NCBI GenBank assembly: GCA_040751795.1
Contig: JBFMHR010000003.1
Span: forward strand, 96,001-160,000
DNA length: 64,000 nucleotides
Direction of reading: 5' to 3'
Source: Thermoplasmatota archaeon
GTDB lineage: Archaea; Thermoplasmatota; Thermoplasmata; UBA10834
In this document: piece by piece, positions 18,722 through 29,442 of the stretch
Layout: each line of letters begins with the position of its first letter
Numbering within the stretch: position 1 is the stretch's first letter
Translations under genes and position numbers: made by a program
The notes under the pieces: model-generated
What the model was told of the DNA's origin: nothing
Databases searched by the model: none
What the model saw: the letters and a program-made list of their open reading frames with translations, nothing else

Positions 18722-20074
18722 GTGTCTGCCGCCGACGGTGGCCCTCTGCCCCAATCTCAGGACGAGTACTGCGGGCATTGCGGGACCAAGATACCGCCGC
18801 TGGGGCGGTTCTGCCCCACGTGCGGCGCGGTGAGGGAGTCGCTCAGGCTGCAGGCCAGCCAGCAGTACCCGCCCGCCGCCGGGCCGCCGTGGATGCAGCG
18901 GCCCCAGCCCGCCAGGAAGCCGACCTCGTGGCGGGTCGTGATCAAGACCCTGATGGCCTACGGGATGCTGAGCTTCGTCCTCCAGCTGCTCCTCATGCTC
19001 GCCGCGCTCGTCTACGGCACCACCATCGTCCTCCCCGAGATAGTGCACCACACCTACGCCCTGTACGTGATAGCCCCCCTCCTCGTCAAGGTTGGGCAGA
19101 TCTCAGGGGACGCGCTCGGCGCCTACTACATGCTTGTCGTGGCCATCATCATCGCCTCCGCCGTCTGGCTCTTACTCACGGGCGCCAAGGGGTTCCACAG
19201 GGAGCTCACGATGAGGGGGGAGCGGAGGAGGCACAGCGCGGTCTTCGACCTCTGTGGGCTCATGTTCGGCGTCCTGTTCATGAACGTCGTCGTGGTGCTC
19301 ATCACCGAGGCCGTCTCAGGCGAGCCGGTCTCGCCGACCGAGGACGCGGAGCTGTGGGAGCTCCTGTTCCTGCTGGCCAACGCGTCCGTGTGGGAGGAGC
19401 TCATAGTGAGGGTGCTCCTGATAGGGGCGCCCCTCCTGCTGATAGACCTCGCGAGGCACGGGCTGAAGGGGAAGGTCCACCGCTACATGCTCGGCGGCGG
19501 GTTCGACCTCGGCAGGGCCGAGGTCGTCCTCATCCTGGTGTCCTCCGCCCTCTTCGGCCTCGCGCACTTCGACGGGTGGGGGGCGTGGAAGGTCTTCCCC
19601 GCGTCCGTCGCGGGGGTCGCCTTCGGATACATGTTCATGAGGCACGGGCTCGCGTCCGCGATCATGCTCCACTTCGGCTTCGACTACCTCTCCATGCCCA
19701 CGGAGGTCTTCGCCGGCGGAGACAGCATGGGTGCCCTCGTCCTTCTGGGGCTTGCCGTGCTGGCCTGGATGGGCATGGGCGCGGTCTTCTTCGGATACTA
19801 CATCATCAGGATGGTGGAGTTCGTCACGAAGGAGAAGTACTTCGAGGAGAGGGCCCCGGCGCCGACACCCTCCCCGTTCTACTACGCGCCGCAGTACCCC
19901 CCGCCACCGCCGTCGGCACCGCAGCGCATGCAGGGGGACCCGGCACAGGTCTGGGGGCCGCCCCAGGCACCCAGCGGCCCGGGCGGCTTCTTCGTCTGCC
20001 CGGTCTGTGGGTCCACGGGGGCGAGCTGGCGCGACGGGAGGTTCCGGTGCCTAAGGTGCGGGACCGTCGTGTAG
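18722..20074 (+). CDS. CPBP (CAAX/Abi) intramembrane protease with N- and C-terminal zinc ribbons
   Basis: CGHC..CPTC; WEELIVR, LFGLAH, AIMLH; CPVC..CLRC; GTG start inferred. Confidence 0.88.
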   Translation: MSAADGGPLPQSQDEYCGHCGTKIPPLGRFCPTCGAVRESLRLQASQQYPPAAGPPWMQRPQPARKPTSWRVVIKTLMAYGMLSFVLQLLLMLAALVYGTTIVLPEIVHHTYALYVIAPLLVKVGQISGDALGAYYMLVVAIIIASAVWLLLTGAKGFHRELTMRGERRRHSAVFDLCGLMFGVLFMNVVVVLITEAVSGEPVSPTEDAELWELLFLLANASVWEELIVRVLLIGAPLLLIDLARHGLKGKVHRYMLGGGFDLGRAEVVLILVSSALFGLAHFDGWGAWKVFPASVAGVAFGYMFMRHGLASAIMLHFGFDYLSMPTEVFAGGDSMGALVLLGLAVLAWMGMGAVFFGYYIIRMVEFVTKEKYFEERAPAPTPSPFYYAPQYPPPPPSAPQRMQGDPAQVWGPPQAPSGPGGFFVCPVCGSTGASWRDGRFRCLRCGTVV

Positions 20075-20824
20075 CAGCCGCTCCAGGACGGCCTTGCTCC
20101 GGACCCCCTGGCTCAGGTCGGTGGCCTCGATGACGATGTTGCCGGAGTAGGAGGCGCGGAGGGCGGAGGCCACCTTGCCCAGGTCCGCCGTCCCCTCGTC
20201 TATGACGTTGTGCTGGTCCCACTGGCCCTCGTTGTTGTGCAGGTGGACGTTCCGGAACCGCGCCACGTGGCGCAGCATGTTGTCCACCTCCCCGGCGGTG
20301 TTCGCGTGCCCCATGTCGAAGCAGAGGCCCGCAGTCGTCCCCTCGACGACGGAGAGGAGGTCCTCGGTCCGCGTGCAGGTGGCGTTGATGTTCGCCGGGA
20401 GGTTCTCCACCGCCATCACGACCCCGTGCTCCTCCGCGAAAGGGGCGAGCTCCTGGATGGACCGACGGGTGACGGCCAGCGGCCTCGATCGGTCCAGGAA
20501 GGCGATGCCGTTCACGAACCCCGGATGGACCGTCACGACGCCTATTTCAAGCTCGCGGCATGTCGCGATGACCTTCTTGACCTCGTCCACCGATGCGATC
20601 CTCATCGGCTCGTAGACGCTGCCGATGTTCACGTCGCTCATGGGCACGTGCACCTGGAAACGGAGGTCGAGCGTCTCCCTCGCGCGCAACAGGTCCCTGC
20701 GCACTAGGTCCAGGCGGTGGTCCCCCTCCGAGAGGACCTCCCACATGTCGAAGTGCTCAGCCACCTCCTCCGCCATCCTCGGGAACGGTGTGCTGCAGAA
20801 GAGCGGGGACGCGATGCCGATCAT
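20051..20824 (-). CDS. Sugar phosphate isomerase/epimerase family TIM barrel
   Basis: VTVHPG, AVENL, CFDMGHA, HLHNN, DQH, VIE. Confidence 0.9.
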   Translation of the reverse strand: MIGIASPLFCSTPFPRMAEEVAEHFDMWEVLSEGDHRLDLVRRDLLRARETLDLRFQVHVPMSDVNIGSVYEPMRIASVDEVKKVIATCRELEIGVVTVHPGFVNGIAFLDRSRPLAVTRRSIQELAPFAEEHGVVMAVENLPANINATCTRTEDLLSVVEGTTAGLCFDMGHANTAGEVDNMLRHVARFRNVHLHNNEGQWDQHNVIDEGTADLGKVASALRASYSGNIVIEATDLSQGVRSKAVLERLLHDGPAP

Positions 20825-21207
20825 CGCCCCTCCCCCGCTCCTGCCTCCGACCTCGGCGCGACCTCATCGATTACGCGGTCCGGATTGGACGTGATTATGG
20901 ACACCTCGAGGTCGCCGAGCGCGTGCGTATCCTCCGAGAAGGAGACCTTCCCCGCCGCGGCGACCTGCTTGTTGAGCGCGAATGCGACCCTGTCGGCCTG
21001 GATGCCGCGCCTCAGCGCTGCGCGGGCCGCAGACCTTATCCTCTGCCTCTTGAGGAGCTCCGCGAACCGCTCCATCGAGGAGGCGCTCCCCGTGACGGGG
21101 TCGTCCCCTTCTGCCGAGAAGTCCGGGAACAGGTTCCTGATGGCACCGATGACCTTGTCCCTGTCCTCGGTCGGGAAGCACCTGGCCGATACCCTGATCT
21201 CAGCCAC
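20821..21207 (-). CDS. DUF54 family RNA-binding protein
   Basis: PTEDRDKV, QRIRSAAR, LNKQVAAAGKVSF, LGDL. Confidence 0.85.
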   Translation of the reverse strand: MAEIRVSARCFPTEDRDKVIGAIRNLFPDFSAEGDDPVTGSASSMERFAELLKRQRIRSAARAALRRGIQADRVAFALNKQVAAAGKVSFSEDTHALGDLEVSIITSNPDRVIDEVAPRSEAGAGEGR

Positions 21208-21261
21208 GTTGCGACCATGCCCGAAAAGATATTTAAAGACGTCCGCGGTTGGATTGGCGGG

Positions 21262-22713
21262 ATGAAGAAGAGGATTCTCCAGCTTCTCACCGAGAAGGGC
21301 GTTCTCGTCGACCCAGAGGCCGCTGAGGCGCTCTCCGGCCTGAAGGATCCGATGGCGTGCGTCGAGCGGATACTGAACGACGCCGACGGAAGGCCGCTCA
21401 TACTCTCGAAGGAGGACGTAGACGGCTACGCCTCGTGCGCAAAGGCGCCGGTGCCCCGGTCGGAGCCGTCCCCGCCGCACCCGACCGTCGAAGCGCGGGT
21501 GAGGAGGGGTGCGCCCGCCGAGGTGCGCGTGCTCAAGGACATAACGGGTGACTCGACCTGCGTCGGCGACATCATCGATTTCACGAAACTCTTCAACGAC
21601 CGCTACTTCACAATCAAGAAGATGCTGGCGAAGAGGAGGGACCTCGTCGGGATCATACCCATCGCCAAGGCCAAGAAGATGCAGCGGGAGGTCAAGCTCG
21701 TCGGCATGCTGAACGACACGAGGACGACCAAGCACGGCCACACGCTGCTCGAGATAGAGGACGAGACCGACAAGGTACAGGTCCTCGTCATGAAGGGGCC
21801 CAGGCGGGCGGGCGACGGCTTCATCAAGGACGAGGTGCTGGGCGTGGCCGGCGCCTTCAGCAAGGACGGGGAGATCGTCATAGCCAAGGAGATAGTCCGG
21901 CCGGACGTCCCCATGAACAGCGGGATGACGCCGAACGGCCCCGGGGCGGTGATGGCGTTCGTCTCCGACATACACGTCGGCAGCGACACGTTCCTCCCCG
22001 ACGAGTGGAAGAGGTTCATGGAGTGGCTCAGGAAGGACCCTGTCGCGAAGGACATCCGCTACATGATGATGCCCGGGGACCTGGTCGACGGCATAGGGAT
22101 CTACCCCGGCCAGGAGGACGAGCTCCTGATCGAGGACATCTTCGCGCAGTACTCCGAGCTGTCTGAGATGGTCAAGGCCATCCCCGACTGGATCAAGGTC
22201 GTGATGATGCCCGGGAACCACGACGCCGTCAGGCTGGCCGAGCCGCAGCCGGCCCTGCCGAAGGACGTGCAGGCGATGTTCGACTCCAACGTGCTCTTCG
22301 TCGGGAACCCGTGCTACCTGGAGGTGGAGGGGAGGGTGGTCCTCGCCTACCACGGCCGCAGCATGGACGACTACATCAAGAGCATCCCCGGGCTCGACTA
22401 CGCCCACCCGCTGGAGGCCATGAGGGAGATGCTCAGGCGGAGGCACATGGCGCCCGTGTACGGCGAGAGGACGGCCCTGGCCCCCGAGAAGAAGGACTAC
22501 CTCGTGATCGACCAGGTGCCGAACATATTCGTCACTGGGCACGTGCACAAGTGCGGCATCGCGGAGTACAGGGGCATCAAACTCATCAATGCATCCGCAT
22601 GGCAATCACAAACGGAGTTCCAGAGGATGCACAACCAGGTGCCAGATCCAGCCAAGGTGCCGATGATCGACCTCGGCAGCGGGGAGATGTGGGTCGAGGA
22701 CTTCTCCCACTGA
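21262..22713 (+). CDS. polB: DNA polymerase D small subunit DP1
   Basis: OB fold plus phosphoesterase motifs SDIHVGS, GDLVDG, PGNHD, YHG, GHVH. Confidence 0.96.
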   Translation: MKKRILQLLTEKGVLVDPEAAEALSGLKDPMACVERILNDADGRPLILSKEDVDGYASCAKAPVPRSEPSPPHPTVEARVRRGAPAEVRVLKDITGDSTCVGDIIDFTKLFNDRYFTIKKMLAKRRDLVGIIPIAKAKKMQREVKLVGMLNDTRTTKHGHTLLEIEDETDKVQVLVMKGPRRAGDGFIKDEVLGVAGAFSKDGEIVIAKEIVRPDVPMNSGMTPNGPGAVMAFVSDIHVGSDTFLPDEWKRFMEWLRKDPVAKDIRYMMMPGDLVDGIGIYPGQEDELLIEDIFAQYSELSEMVKAIPDWIKVVMMPGNHDAVRLAEPQPALPKDVQAMFDSNVLFVGNPCYLEVEGRVVLAYHGRSMDDYIKSIPGLDYAHPLEAMREMLRRRHMAPVYGERTALAPEKKDYLVIDQVPNIFVTGHVHKCGIAEYRGIKLINASAWQSQTEFQRMHNQVPDPAKVPMIDLGSGEMWVEDFSH

Positions 22714-22755
22714 CGCCGGAAGAGGGTTCATATCCGCTCGACGTCATCCGGTCTC

Positions 22756-24180
22756 ATGCACGGCCTCGACGTCTTCTTCGAGCCGAAGTCCGTGGCGGTC
22801 ATAGGCGCGACCCCCACCCCCGGGAAGGTGGGGAACATCGTGATCGAGAACCTGTACGGGGAGGGGTACCCCGGCAGGGTCTTCCTCGTCAACCCGAACC
22901 ACAAGGAGCTGCTGGGCATGCCCTGCTACCCGTCGGTGGCGGACTGCCCTGGCGACGTGGACCTGGCCGTGGTCGTCGTCCCCGCGAAGCTCGTCCCCGG
23001 CGTTATGGAGGAGGCCGGGCGTAAGGGCGTGAAGGCCGCGGTGGTCATCTCCGCTGGCTTCTCCGAGGGGGACGAGGAGGGCAGGGCGAGGGAGAGGGAG
23101 GTGCTCGACGTCGCCGCGAGGCACGGGACGAGGTTCGTCGGCCCCAACTCCCTCGGGGTCATCGCGCCTCACGCGCGCATGAACGCGTCGTTCGCCCGGA
23201 CGACGCCGCTCAAGGGGCCCATAGCGTTCTTCTCCCAGAGCGGGGCGTTCTGCACCGCGGCCATAGAGTACTCCGTCCGCGAGATGCTCGGGTTCTCGGC
23301 CTTCGTCAGCTCCGGCAACAAGGCCGACATCGACGACTCCGACCTGATCAGGCACTTCGCATCGGACGAGAGGACCCGCTGCATCGCGGCGTACATGGAG
23401 TCGACCAGGGACGGCCAGGCGTTCTTCGACGCCCTGGGGGAGGCGTCCCTGAGGAAGCCGGTGGTGATACTCAAGGCTGGGAGGACGGAGCGCGGGGCGA
23501 GGGCCGCGAAGTCCCACACGGGCGCGCTGGCCGGCTCCGACTCCGCCTACGAGGGCGTGTTCAGGCAGACGGGCGTGTACAGGGCCAAGACCATGTACGA
23601 GCTCTTCGACGCGGCGCAGGCGCTCGCGTACCAGCCCCCCATGGACGGCGACGGCGTGGCGATCGTGACCAACGCCGGGGGGATGGGCGTCATCGCCACG
23701 GACTTCGCCAACGACCTGGGCCTCGGCCTCGCCGAGCTGTCCGAGGGGACGCTCGAGGAGATACGGAGGGCGTGCCCGCCGACCTGGAACCCCGGGAACC
23801 CTGTCGACATAATCGGGGACGCGGACACCGCGAGGTACGCCAACGTGCTGACCGCCGTCGGCAAGGCCCCGGAGGTGAAGGCCATCATGGTCATCGCGGC
23901 GCGCCAGGCCGCCACCAACCTGTTCCAGATCGCCAAGTGGATAGCGATAACCGCGCGCATAAGCGGCAAGCCCACCGTCGCGTGCTTCGCCGGGATTTTC
24001 GACCAGGAGTCGGAGCAGTTCCTGGACTCGAAGGGCATCCCGGTCATGTCCGTGCCGGAGCGCGCGATAACCGCGCTGCACGCGCTCTCCGAGCGTGGGA
24101 AGTGGCTCAGGAAGAAGGGAGTGGAGGTCCCGAGGCGGCCGAGGAACGGGGAGATGGACGGCCTACCCGACCAGGTCTAG
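22756..24180 (+). CDS. Acetate/acyl-CoA ligase (ADP-forming), alpha subunit
   Basis: VAVIGA, ISAGFSE, GPNSLG, SQSGA, SHTGALAG, TNAGG, NPVD. Confidence 0.93.
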   Translation: MHGLDVFFEPKSVAVIGATPTPGKVGNIVIENLYGEGYPGRVFLVNPNHKELLGMPCYPSVADCPGDVDLAVVVVPAKLVPGVMEEAGRKGVKAAVVISAGFSEGDEEGRAREREVLDVAARHGTRFVGPNSLGVIAPHARMNASFARTTPLKGPIAFFSQSGAFCTAAIEYSVREMLGFSAFVSSGNKADIDDSDLIRHFASDERTRCIAAYMESTRDGQAFFDALGEASLRKPVVILKAGRTERGARAAKSHTGALAGSDSAYEGVFRQTGVYRAKTMYELFDAAQALAYQPPMDGDGVAIVTNAGGMGVIATDFANDLGLGLAELSEGTLEEIRRACPPTWNPGNPVDIIGDADTARYANVLTAVGKAPEVKAIMVIAARQAATNLFQIAKWIAITARISGKPTVACFAGIFDQESEQFLDSKGIPVMSVPERAITALHALSERGKWLRKKGVEVPRRPRNGEMDGLPDQV

Positions 24181-24297
24181 GAGAATGAGCGCGTAGCCGA
24201 TGCCCATGAAGACCAGCCCCGCCAGGAAGCCCACCCAGAAGAGCTTCAGGAGCTTCACGCGGTCGTGCAGGAAGTCGAGGAGCGGCGACACCGTCAC
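24163..24297 (-). CDS. 44-aa single-TM microprotein at the end of the ATP synthase operon
   Basis: GTG overlaps atpD TGA (GTGA); MTVSPLLDFLHDRVKLLKLFWVGFLAGLVFMGIGYALILLDLVG. Confidence 0.6.
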   Translation of the reverse strand: MTVSPLLDFLHDRVKLLKLFWVGFLAGLVFMGIGYALILLDLVG

Positions 24298-24935
24298 GCC
24301 TCTGCCCGCTTCTCCGCCTTGTCCTTGATGCGCTTCAGGCGGAATATGTTGTCCCGCTCCATCTCCTCCAGCCTGAACCTGATGAACCGCTCTATCTCCT
24401 GCAGCTCCGGGAGCACCTTGAACTCGAGGGCGTTGACCCTGCGCTTGGTCCTCTCTATCTCCTCGAGCAGCTTCTTCATCGTCGTCTCGAGTTCGGCCGC
24501 CTTGACGACGGTCTCCACGAGCTTCTCGTAGGCGTCGGCGGCCTCGTCGATCCTGGGGGAGGTGCCTATGATGCCGTAGCCGCGCTCGTCGAGCGGCGCG
24601 ACTATCCTGGACGACTTGATCTCCGGCACGACCACGCCCATCAGGTTCCTGCTCTTGAGCTGTATCTCCGGGTGAACGGTGAGCGCGTACGCGGCCGACC
24701 GGACGGCTATGACGCCGTCGACGGCGCCCGCTACCGCGATCTTCTCCCGCGCCTGGACGTACTGCCGGGCGATCTCCCGCCTCAGGTCCTTGGCCTGGTC
24801 GAGTATGTTGAAGAACTCGAGTATCAGGCCGTCCCTCTTCAGCTTGAGGATCTTGTGGCCGTTCTTGGTCAGCCTGATCTTCCTGGTGACCTCGAGCAGC
24901 TCGGACCTGGTCGGCTGGACCTCCCTGACCGGCAT
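24294..24935 (-). CDS. atpD: A-type ATP synthase subunit D
   Basis: PTRSELL, LKLKRDGL, TKRRVNALE. Confidence 0.97.
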   Translation of the reverse strand: MPVREVQPTRSELLEVTRKIRLTKNGHKILKLKRDGLILEFFNILDQAKDLRREIARQYVQAREKIAVAGAVDGVIAVRSAAYALTVHPEIQLKSRNLMGVVVPEIKSSRIVAPLDERGYGIIGTSPRIDEAADAYEKLVETVVKAAELETTMKKLLEEIERTKRRVNALEFKVLPELQEIERFIRFRLEEMERDNIFRLKRIKDKAEKRAEA

Positions 24936-24941
24936 CCTGTC

Positions 24942-26321
24942 TCACTTCTTCCTGTTCATCGGGTGGTACTTCTCGATGAACTTCCTGTCGATCTTGGTCA
25001 GCGAGTCCACGGGCAGGTGGGACAGCAGCTCCCAGCCCAGGTCCAGCGTCTGCTCTATGGTCCTGTCCTCGTCCTTGCTCTGCCTGACGAACCTGTCCTC
25101 GAACGCGGCGGCGAAGTCGAGGAACTTGCGGTCCCTGTCGGAGAGGGCCTCCTTGCCCACGATCGCCACCAGGCCCCTGAAGTCCCTGCCCTCGGCGTAG
25201 GCCGCGTAGAGCTGGTCGGACACGGCCCTGTGGTCCTCCCTGGTCCGGCCCGGACCGATGCCCTGGCCCATGAGCCTGGAGAGGGACCGCTCGACCGCGA
25301 TGGGCGGGTAGATACCCTGCCTGTGCAGGTCCCTGGACGCCACGATCTGCCCCTCGGTGATGTACCCCGTGAGGTCGGGGATCGGGTGGGTTATGTCGTC
25401 GCCCGGCATCGACAGGATGGGGAACTGCGTGATGGACCCCTTCTTGTCCTTGATCCTGCCCGCGCGCTCGTAGAGGCTCGCGAGGTCGGTGTACATGTAC
25501 CCCGGGTAGCCGCGCCTCGCCGGCACCTCCTCCCTCGCCGCGCCGATCTGCCTCAGCGCCTCGCAGTAGTTGGTGAGGTCGGTGAGGATGACGAGCACGT
25601 GCATCCCCAGGTCGAAGGCCAGGTATTCGGCGGTGGTCAGGGCGAGCCTCGGGGTCAGCAGCCTCTCGATCGCCGGGTCGTCGGCGAGGTTGAGGAACAC
25701 GACCGCCTTCTTGAGCGCGCCCGTGCGCTCGAAGTCCTTCATGAAGTACTGGGCCTCCTCGCTCGTGATGCCCATGGCGGCGAACACCACGGCGAACTCC
25801 TCCTTCTCGCCGAGCACCTTCGCCTGCCTCGCGATCTGCAGCGCGATGTCGTTGTGCGGCAGGCCGGAGCCGGAGAAGATCGGGAGCTTCTGCCCCCTGA
25901 CCAGGGTGTTCATGCCGTCGATGGACGAGATGCCCGTCTGGATGAACTCCTGCGGGTTGTCCCTGGCGAAGGGGTTGATGGCCGCCCCGATGATCTCCAA
26001 CCTCTTCTCGGGTATTATCGGCGGGCCCTTGTCGAGCGGGTCGCCGGAGCCAGTGAGTATCCTGCCCAGCATGTCCTTCGAGACGGGCATCTTCACCGTC
26101 TCGCCCAGGAACTTCACTCCCGACGCCCTGTCGATCCCGCCCGTTCCCTCGAACACCTGGACGACGACGACGTCGTCGGATGTGTCCAGGACCTGGCCCC
26201 TCTTGACGGAGCCGTCCGGGAGCGCTATCGACACGAGCTCGTTGTAGGCGATCGGTTCAGTCTTCTCGACGAAGACCAGCGGCCCGGCTATCTGGTTGAT
26301 CGTGTGGTACTCCTTGGCCAT
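24942..26321 (-). CDS. atpB: A-type ATP synthase subunit B
   Basis: [42 protein letters not shown]. Confidence 0.98.
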   Translation of the reverse strand: MAKEYHTINQIAGPLVFVEKTEPIAYNELVSIALPDGSVKRGQVLDTSDDVVVVQVFEGTGGIDRASGVKFLGETVKMPVSKDMLGRILTGSGDPLDKGPPIIPEKRLEIIGAAINPFARDNPQEFIQTGISSIDGMNTLVRGQKLPIFSGSGLPHNDIALQIARQAKVLGEKEEFAVVFAAMGITSEEAQYFMKDFERTGALKKAVVFLNLADDPAIERLLTPRLALTTAEYLAFDLGMHVLVILTDLTNYCEALRQIGAAREEVPARRGYPGYMYTDLASLYERAGRIKDKKGSITQFPILSMPGDDITHPIPDLTGYITEGQIVASRDLHRQGIYPPIAVERSLSRLMGQGIGPGRTREDHRAVSDQLYAAYAEGRDFRGLVAIVGKEALSDRDRKFLDFAAAFEDRFVRQSKDEDRTIEQTLDLGWELLSHLPVDSLTKIDRKFIEKYHPMNRKK

Positions 26322-26324
26322 GTC

Positions 26325-28079
26325 TCACACCCCCAGCTCGGCGAACTGCCTGTCCATCTCGCCGATGATGGCCTTGAGGTCCCTGTCTATCGTCTCCTCG
26401 AACTTCAGCTTGCCCAGGTCGGCCCTGACCTTGAGCGAGGTGATCCTGTCGAGGGGCACCTCCAGGGAGATGGCCTTCTTCGAGAGGTCGGAGAAGTGCC
26501 TGATGGCGCTCATGTAGTCGTACTGCCTCTTCAGCGGGCTGTAGGTGTCGACCGCGTGGTAGGCGCTCTGCTGCAGGAAGAACTCGCGGATCATCCTGGC
26601 GACCTCCAAGGTGAGGCGCTGCTCCTCGGGGAGGGCGTCCGAGCCGACAAGCTGCACTATCTCCTGCAGCTCCGACTCCTTCTGGAGCGTCTCCATCGCC
26701 CAGAGCCTCAGCGGGCCCCAGTCCTCGGCCACGTTGCGCCTGTACCACTCCTCGAGGATCGGGCTGTACAGGCTGTACGACGTGAGCCAGTTGATGGCCG
26801 GGAAGTGCCTCCTCTCCCTGAGCTTCGAGTCGAGCGCCCAGAAGACCTTGACGATCCTGAGGGTGTTCTGCGTGACCGGCTCGCTGAAGTCGCCGCCGGA
26901 GGGGGAGACCGCGCCGATGACGGAAATGGACCCGGTGGGGCCGGCCAGCGTGTTGACCCTGCCGCACCTCTCGTAGAACTCGGAGAGCCTCGATGCGAGG
27001 TACGCCGGGTACCCCTCCTCGCCGGGCATCTCCTCCAGCCTGGAGGATATCTCCCTCATCGCCTCCGCCCACCTCGAGGTGGAGTCGGCCATGAGCGAGA
27101 CGTCGTAGCCCATGTCCCTGTAGTACTCGGCGACGGTGATGCCCGTGTACACGGACGCCTCCCTCGCGGCGACGGGCATGTTGGAGGTGTTGGCTATGAG
27201 CACGGTCCTGCCCATCAGCGGCTTGCCGCTCTTCGGGTCCTCGAGCTCCGGGAAGGTCGTCAGCACCTCGGTCATCTCGTTGCCGCGCTCCCCGCAGCCG
27301 ACGTAGACGACTATCTGGGCGTCGCTCCACTTGGAGAGCTGCTGCGAGGTGACGGTCTTGCCCGTCCCGAAGCCGCCCGGGATGGCCGCGGTCCCGCCCT
27401 TCGCGAGCGGGAAGAGCGTGTCGAGCACGCGCTGGCCCGTGACCAGCGGTATGTCGGGCAGGAGCTTCTCCGAGTACGGCCTCGGGGACCGCACCGGCCA
27501 GCTGTGCGCGAGCCTGATGGCGTGACCCGTGTCGAGCGAGCCAACGGGCTCCTCGACGGTGAACTCCCCCTCGGATATGGCGGCGACCTTGCCGTCGACG
27601 CCCGGCGGGAGCAGCACCCTGTGGACGATGTTGCCCTCGGGCACCTCGCCCACGACCATGCCGCCGTGGAGGTCGTCGCCCTTCTTCACGGTCGGCCTGA
27701 ACTTCCACTTCTTCGACCTGTCCAGGCCCGGGGCTGTGACACCCCTGGACACGAAGTCGCCCTGCTTCGCCATGAGCACCGGCAGCGGCCTCTGCACGCC
27801 GTCGTACACGCTGGAGAGCAGGCCCGGCCCGAGCTCGACCTGGAGGGGCGCCCCCGTGTCGACGACGGCCTCGCCCGGCCTTATGCCGGACGTGTCCTCG
27901 TAGACCTGGATGACGGTCTTGTCGCCCACGAGCTTGATCACCTCGCCCATCAGCTTGAGCTCGCCCACCAGCACCACGTCGTACATCCTGGGCGAGACGC
28001 CTTCGGCGGTGACCACCGGCCCCGCGACCCTGCTTATCCTTCCACTCTTCCCGCTAGCCATTCGGAACGCCTCCGTCAC
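26325..28079 (-). CDS. atpA: A-type ATP synthase subunit A (no intein)
   Basis: [38 protein letters not shown]; alternative ATG at 28061. Confidence 0.98.
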   Translation of the reverse strand: MTEAFRMASGKSGRISRVAGPVVTAEGVSPRMYDVVLVGELKLMGEVIKLVGDKTVIQVYEDTSGIRPGEAVVDTGAPLQVELGPGLLSSVYDGVQRPLPVLMAKQGDFVSRGVTAPGLDRSKKWKFRPTVKKGDDLHGGMVVGEVPEGNIVHRVLLPPGVDGKVAAISEGEFTVEEPVGSLDTGHAIRLAHSWPVRSPRPYSEKLLPDIPLVTGQRVLDTLFPLAKGGTAAIPGGFGTGKTVTSQQLSKWSDAQIVVYVGCGERGNEMTEVLTTFPELEDPKSGKPLMGRTVLIANTSNMPVAAREASVYTGITVAEYYRDMGYDVSLMADSTSRWAEAMREISSRLEEMPGEEGYPAYLASRLSEFYERCGRVNTLAGPTGSISVIGAVSPSGGDFSEPVTQNTLRIVKVFWALDSKLRERRHFPAINWLTSYSLYSPILEEWYRRNVAEDWGPLRLWAMETLQKESELQEIVQLVGSDALPEEQRLTLEVARMIREFFLQQSAYHAVDTYSPLKRQYDYMSAIRHFSDLSKKAISLEVPLDRITSLKVRADLGKLKFEETIDRDLKAIIGEMDRQFAELGV

Positions 28080-28375
28080 TTGCTCTTGTAAAGGTCGATA
28101 CCCATCGCCCTTCTGACCTTGTCCCTGATGTCGCCCTCCTCCTCTCCGACGGGGATGACGACCGGCTCGACGCTGGCCATCAGCCTGTCGCGCAGCTGCT
28201 GGGGGAGCCTCTCGAGGTCCTTGGTGTGCACGGCGAGTATGCCGACCCCCTTCTCGTTGGCCAGCTGCACTATCGTCTCCTGCAGCTTCTCCGGGGGCAC
28301 CCCGTGGACCTTCTTTATCCCAGCGAGCCTGAAGCCGACGACGAAGTCCTCAGACCCTACGACTGCGATCTCCAT
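28076..28375 (-). CDS. atpF: A-type ATP synthase subunit F
   Basis: [17 protein letters not shown]; RRAMGIDL. Confidence 0.96.
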   Translation of the reverse strand: MEIAVVGSEDFVVGFRLAGIKKVHGVPPEKLQETIVQLANEKGVGILAVHTKDLERLPQQLRDRLMASVEPVVIPVGEEEGDIRDKVRRAMGIDLYKSK

Positions 28376-29434
28376 TCACACCACCAGCAGCTCCTCTATT
28401 ACCTTCTTGGGCAGGCCGCTCTCCTTGCCCCTCGCTATGATCCTGATGTTGTCGACTTCCACCTTCTTGCGTATCATGTAGTTGACCACCGGCAGGACCG
28501 AGAGGGGGTAGAAGTTGGCGAACTTCTCGCTCGTCCCTATCAGCGCCTTGTCCAATGCGATGGTGAGCTCCGACAGCCTCCTGTCGGCCCTGTAGCGCTC
28601 GACCGCGGGCTTGACGTCCTCGAACAGGGAGGACTTCTCCAGCTCGGCCATGATGGCCTCCGTCCCCTCCCCCTGGGCCATCGCCCTGAGCTTGTCCATG
28701 TCGAACTCCAGCCCGCCCGGGATGAGGTATCTCTGGATCCTGTCCTCCGGTATGCGTTCGGACTTGAGCTTCAGCAGGACCTTGAGGTTCGTCACGTCGA
28801 CCTCGCGCCTCACGAAGTCCCTCAGGAGCCTCTCCGCGTTGTTGGTCGGCTCTATGACGTCCAGGAGGTCGTAGTAGAGCATCCTGTCCAGGTGGTCCTC
28901 GAGCGGGGCCAGCTTCCCGGCATCGACGACCTCCCTCTGCAGCTCGGGGGTGATCCTCAGCGCCGCCTGCCTCGCCAGCTCCTCCATGATCTCGTGCACC
29001 CCGTCCATCTCGACGAGGGACTTGAGGTACTCCTCGGAGAACGCGCCCGCAGGGACCAGGGTGTCGACTATCTCGTCCGGCCTGGCCTTGGTGATCCTGC
29101 CGCGGAGGACGGTCTTGACGTTGAAGGTGTCCCACCGCCTCAGGTAGTTACCCACCATCTCCCTCAGATGGCCGGTCGTGAAGCTGAGCACGTCCGAATA
29201 TGTGTCCGCGAGGTTCCTCGTCACCGCGACCTCGACGAGGTTCGCCCCGGAGTACCTCGACCCGTACACGGCCATCTCGTCCTTGTACTGGGTCTCGCCC
29301 AGGAAGCGGCCTATCTCGTGGACGTCCATCACCAGCATGCGGGAGTAGGTGTCCTTGGAGAGCAGGAAGCTCTTGCGCGCCTTGACGCGCGCGCACGCGT
29401 ACGCATAGTTCCCCCTCCCGCCGAAGAGACCCAT
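28376..29434 (-). CDS. atpC: A-type ATP synthase subunit C
   Basis: YAYACARVKA, NIRIIARG; operon position. Confidence 0.95.
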   Translation of the reverse strand: MGLFGGRGNYAYACARVKARKSFLLSKDTYSRMLVMDVHEIGRFLGETQYKDEMAVYGSRYSGANLVEVAVTRNLADTYSDVLSFTTGHLREMVGNYLRRWDTFNVKTVLRGRITKARPDEIVDTLVPAGAFSEEYLKSLVEMDGVHEIMEELARQAALRITPELQREVVDAGKLAPLEDHLDRMLYYDLLDVIEPTNNAERLLRDFVRREVDVTNLKVLLKLKSERIPEDRIQRYLIPGGLEFDMDKLRAMAQGEGTEAIMAELEKSSLFEDVKPAVERYRADRRLSELTIALDKALIGTSEKFANFYPLSVLPVVNYMIRKKVEVDNIRIIARGKESGLPKKVIEELLVV

Positions 29435-29442
29435 CTGTCACA

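Noticed and set aside
24672-28091. 1139-aa plus-strand ORF and other long antisense or alternate-frame ORFs (e.g. 41327-43897, 30316-32547, 38799-40856)
   Set aside because: Shadow ORFs of real genes, caused by high GC3 and scarcity of stop codons; R/G/P- or V/L/E/H-biased with no motifs
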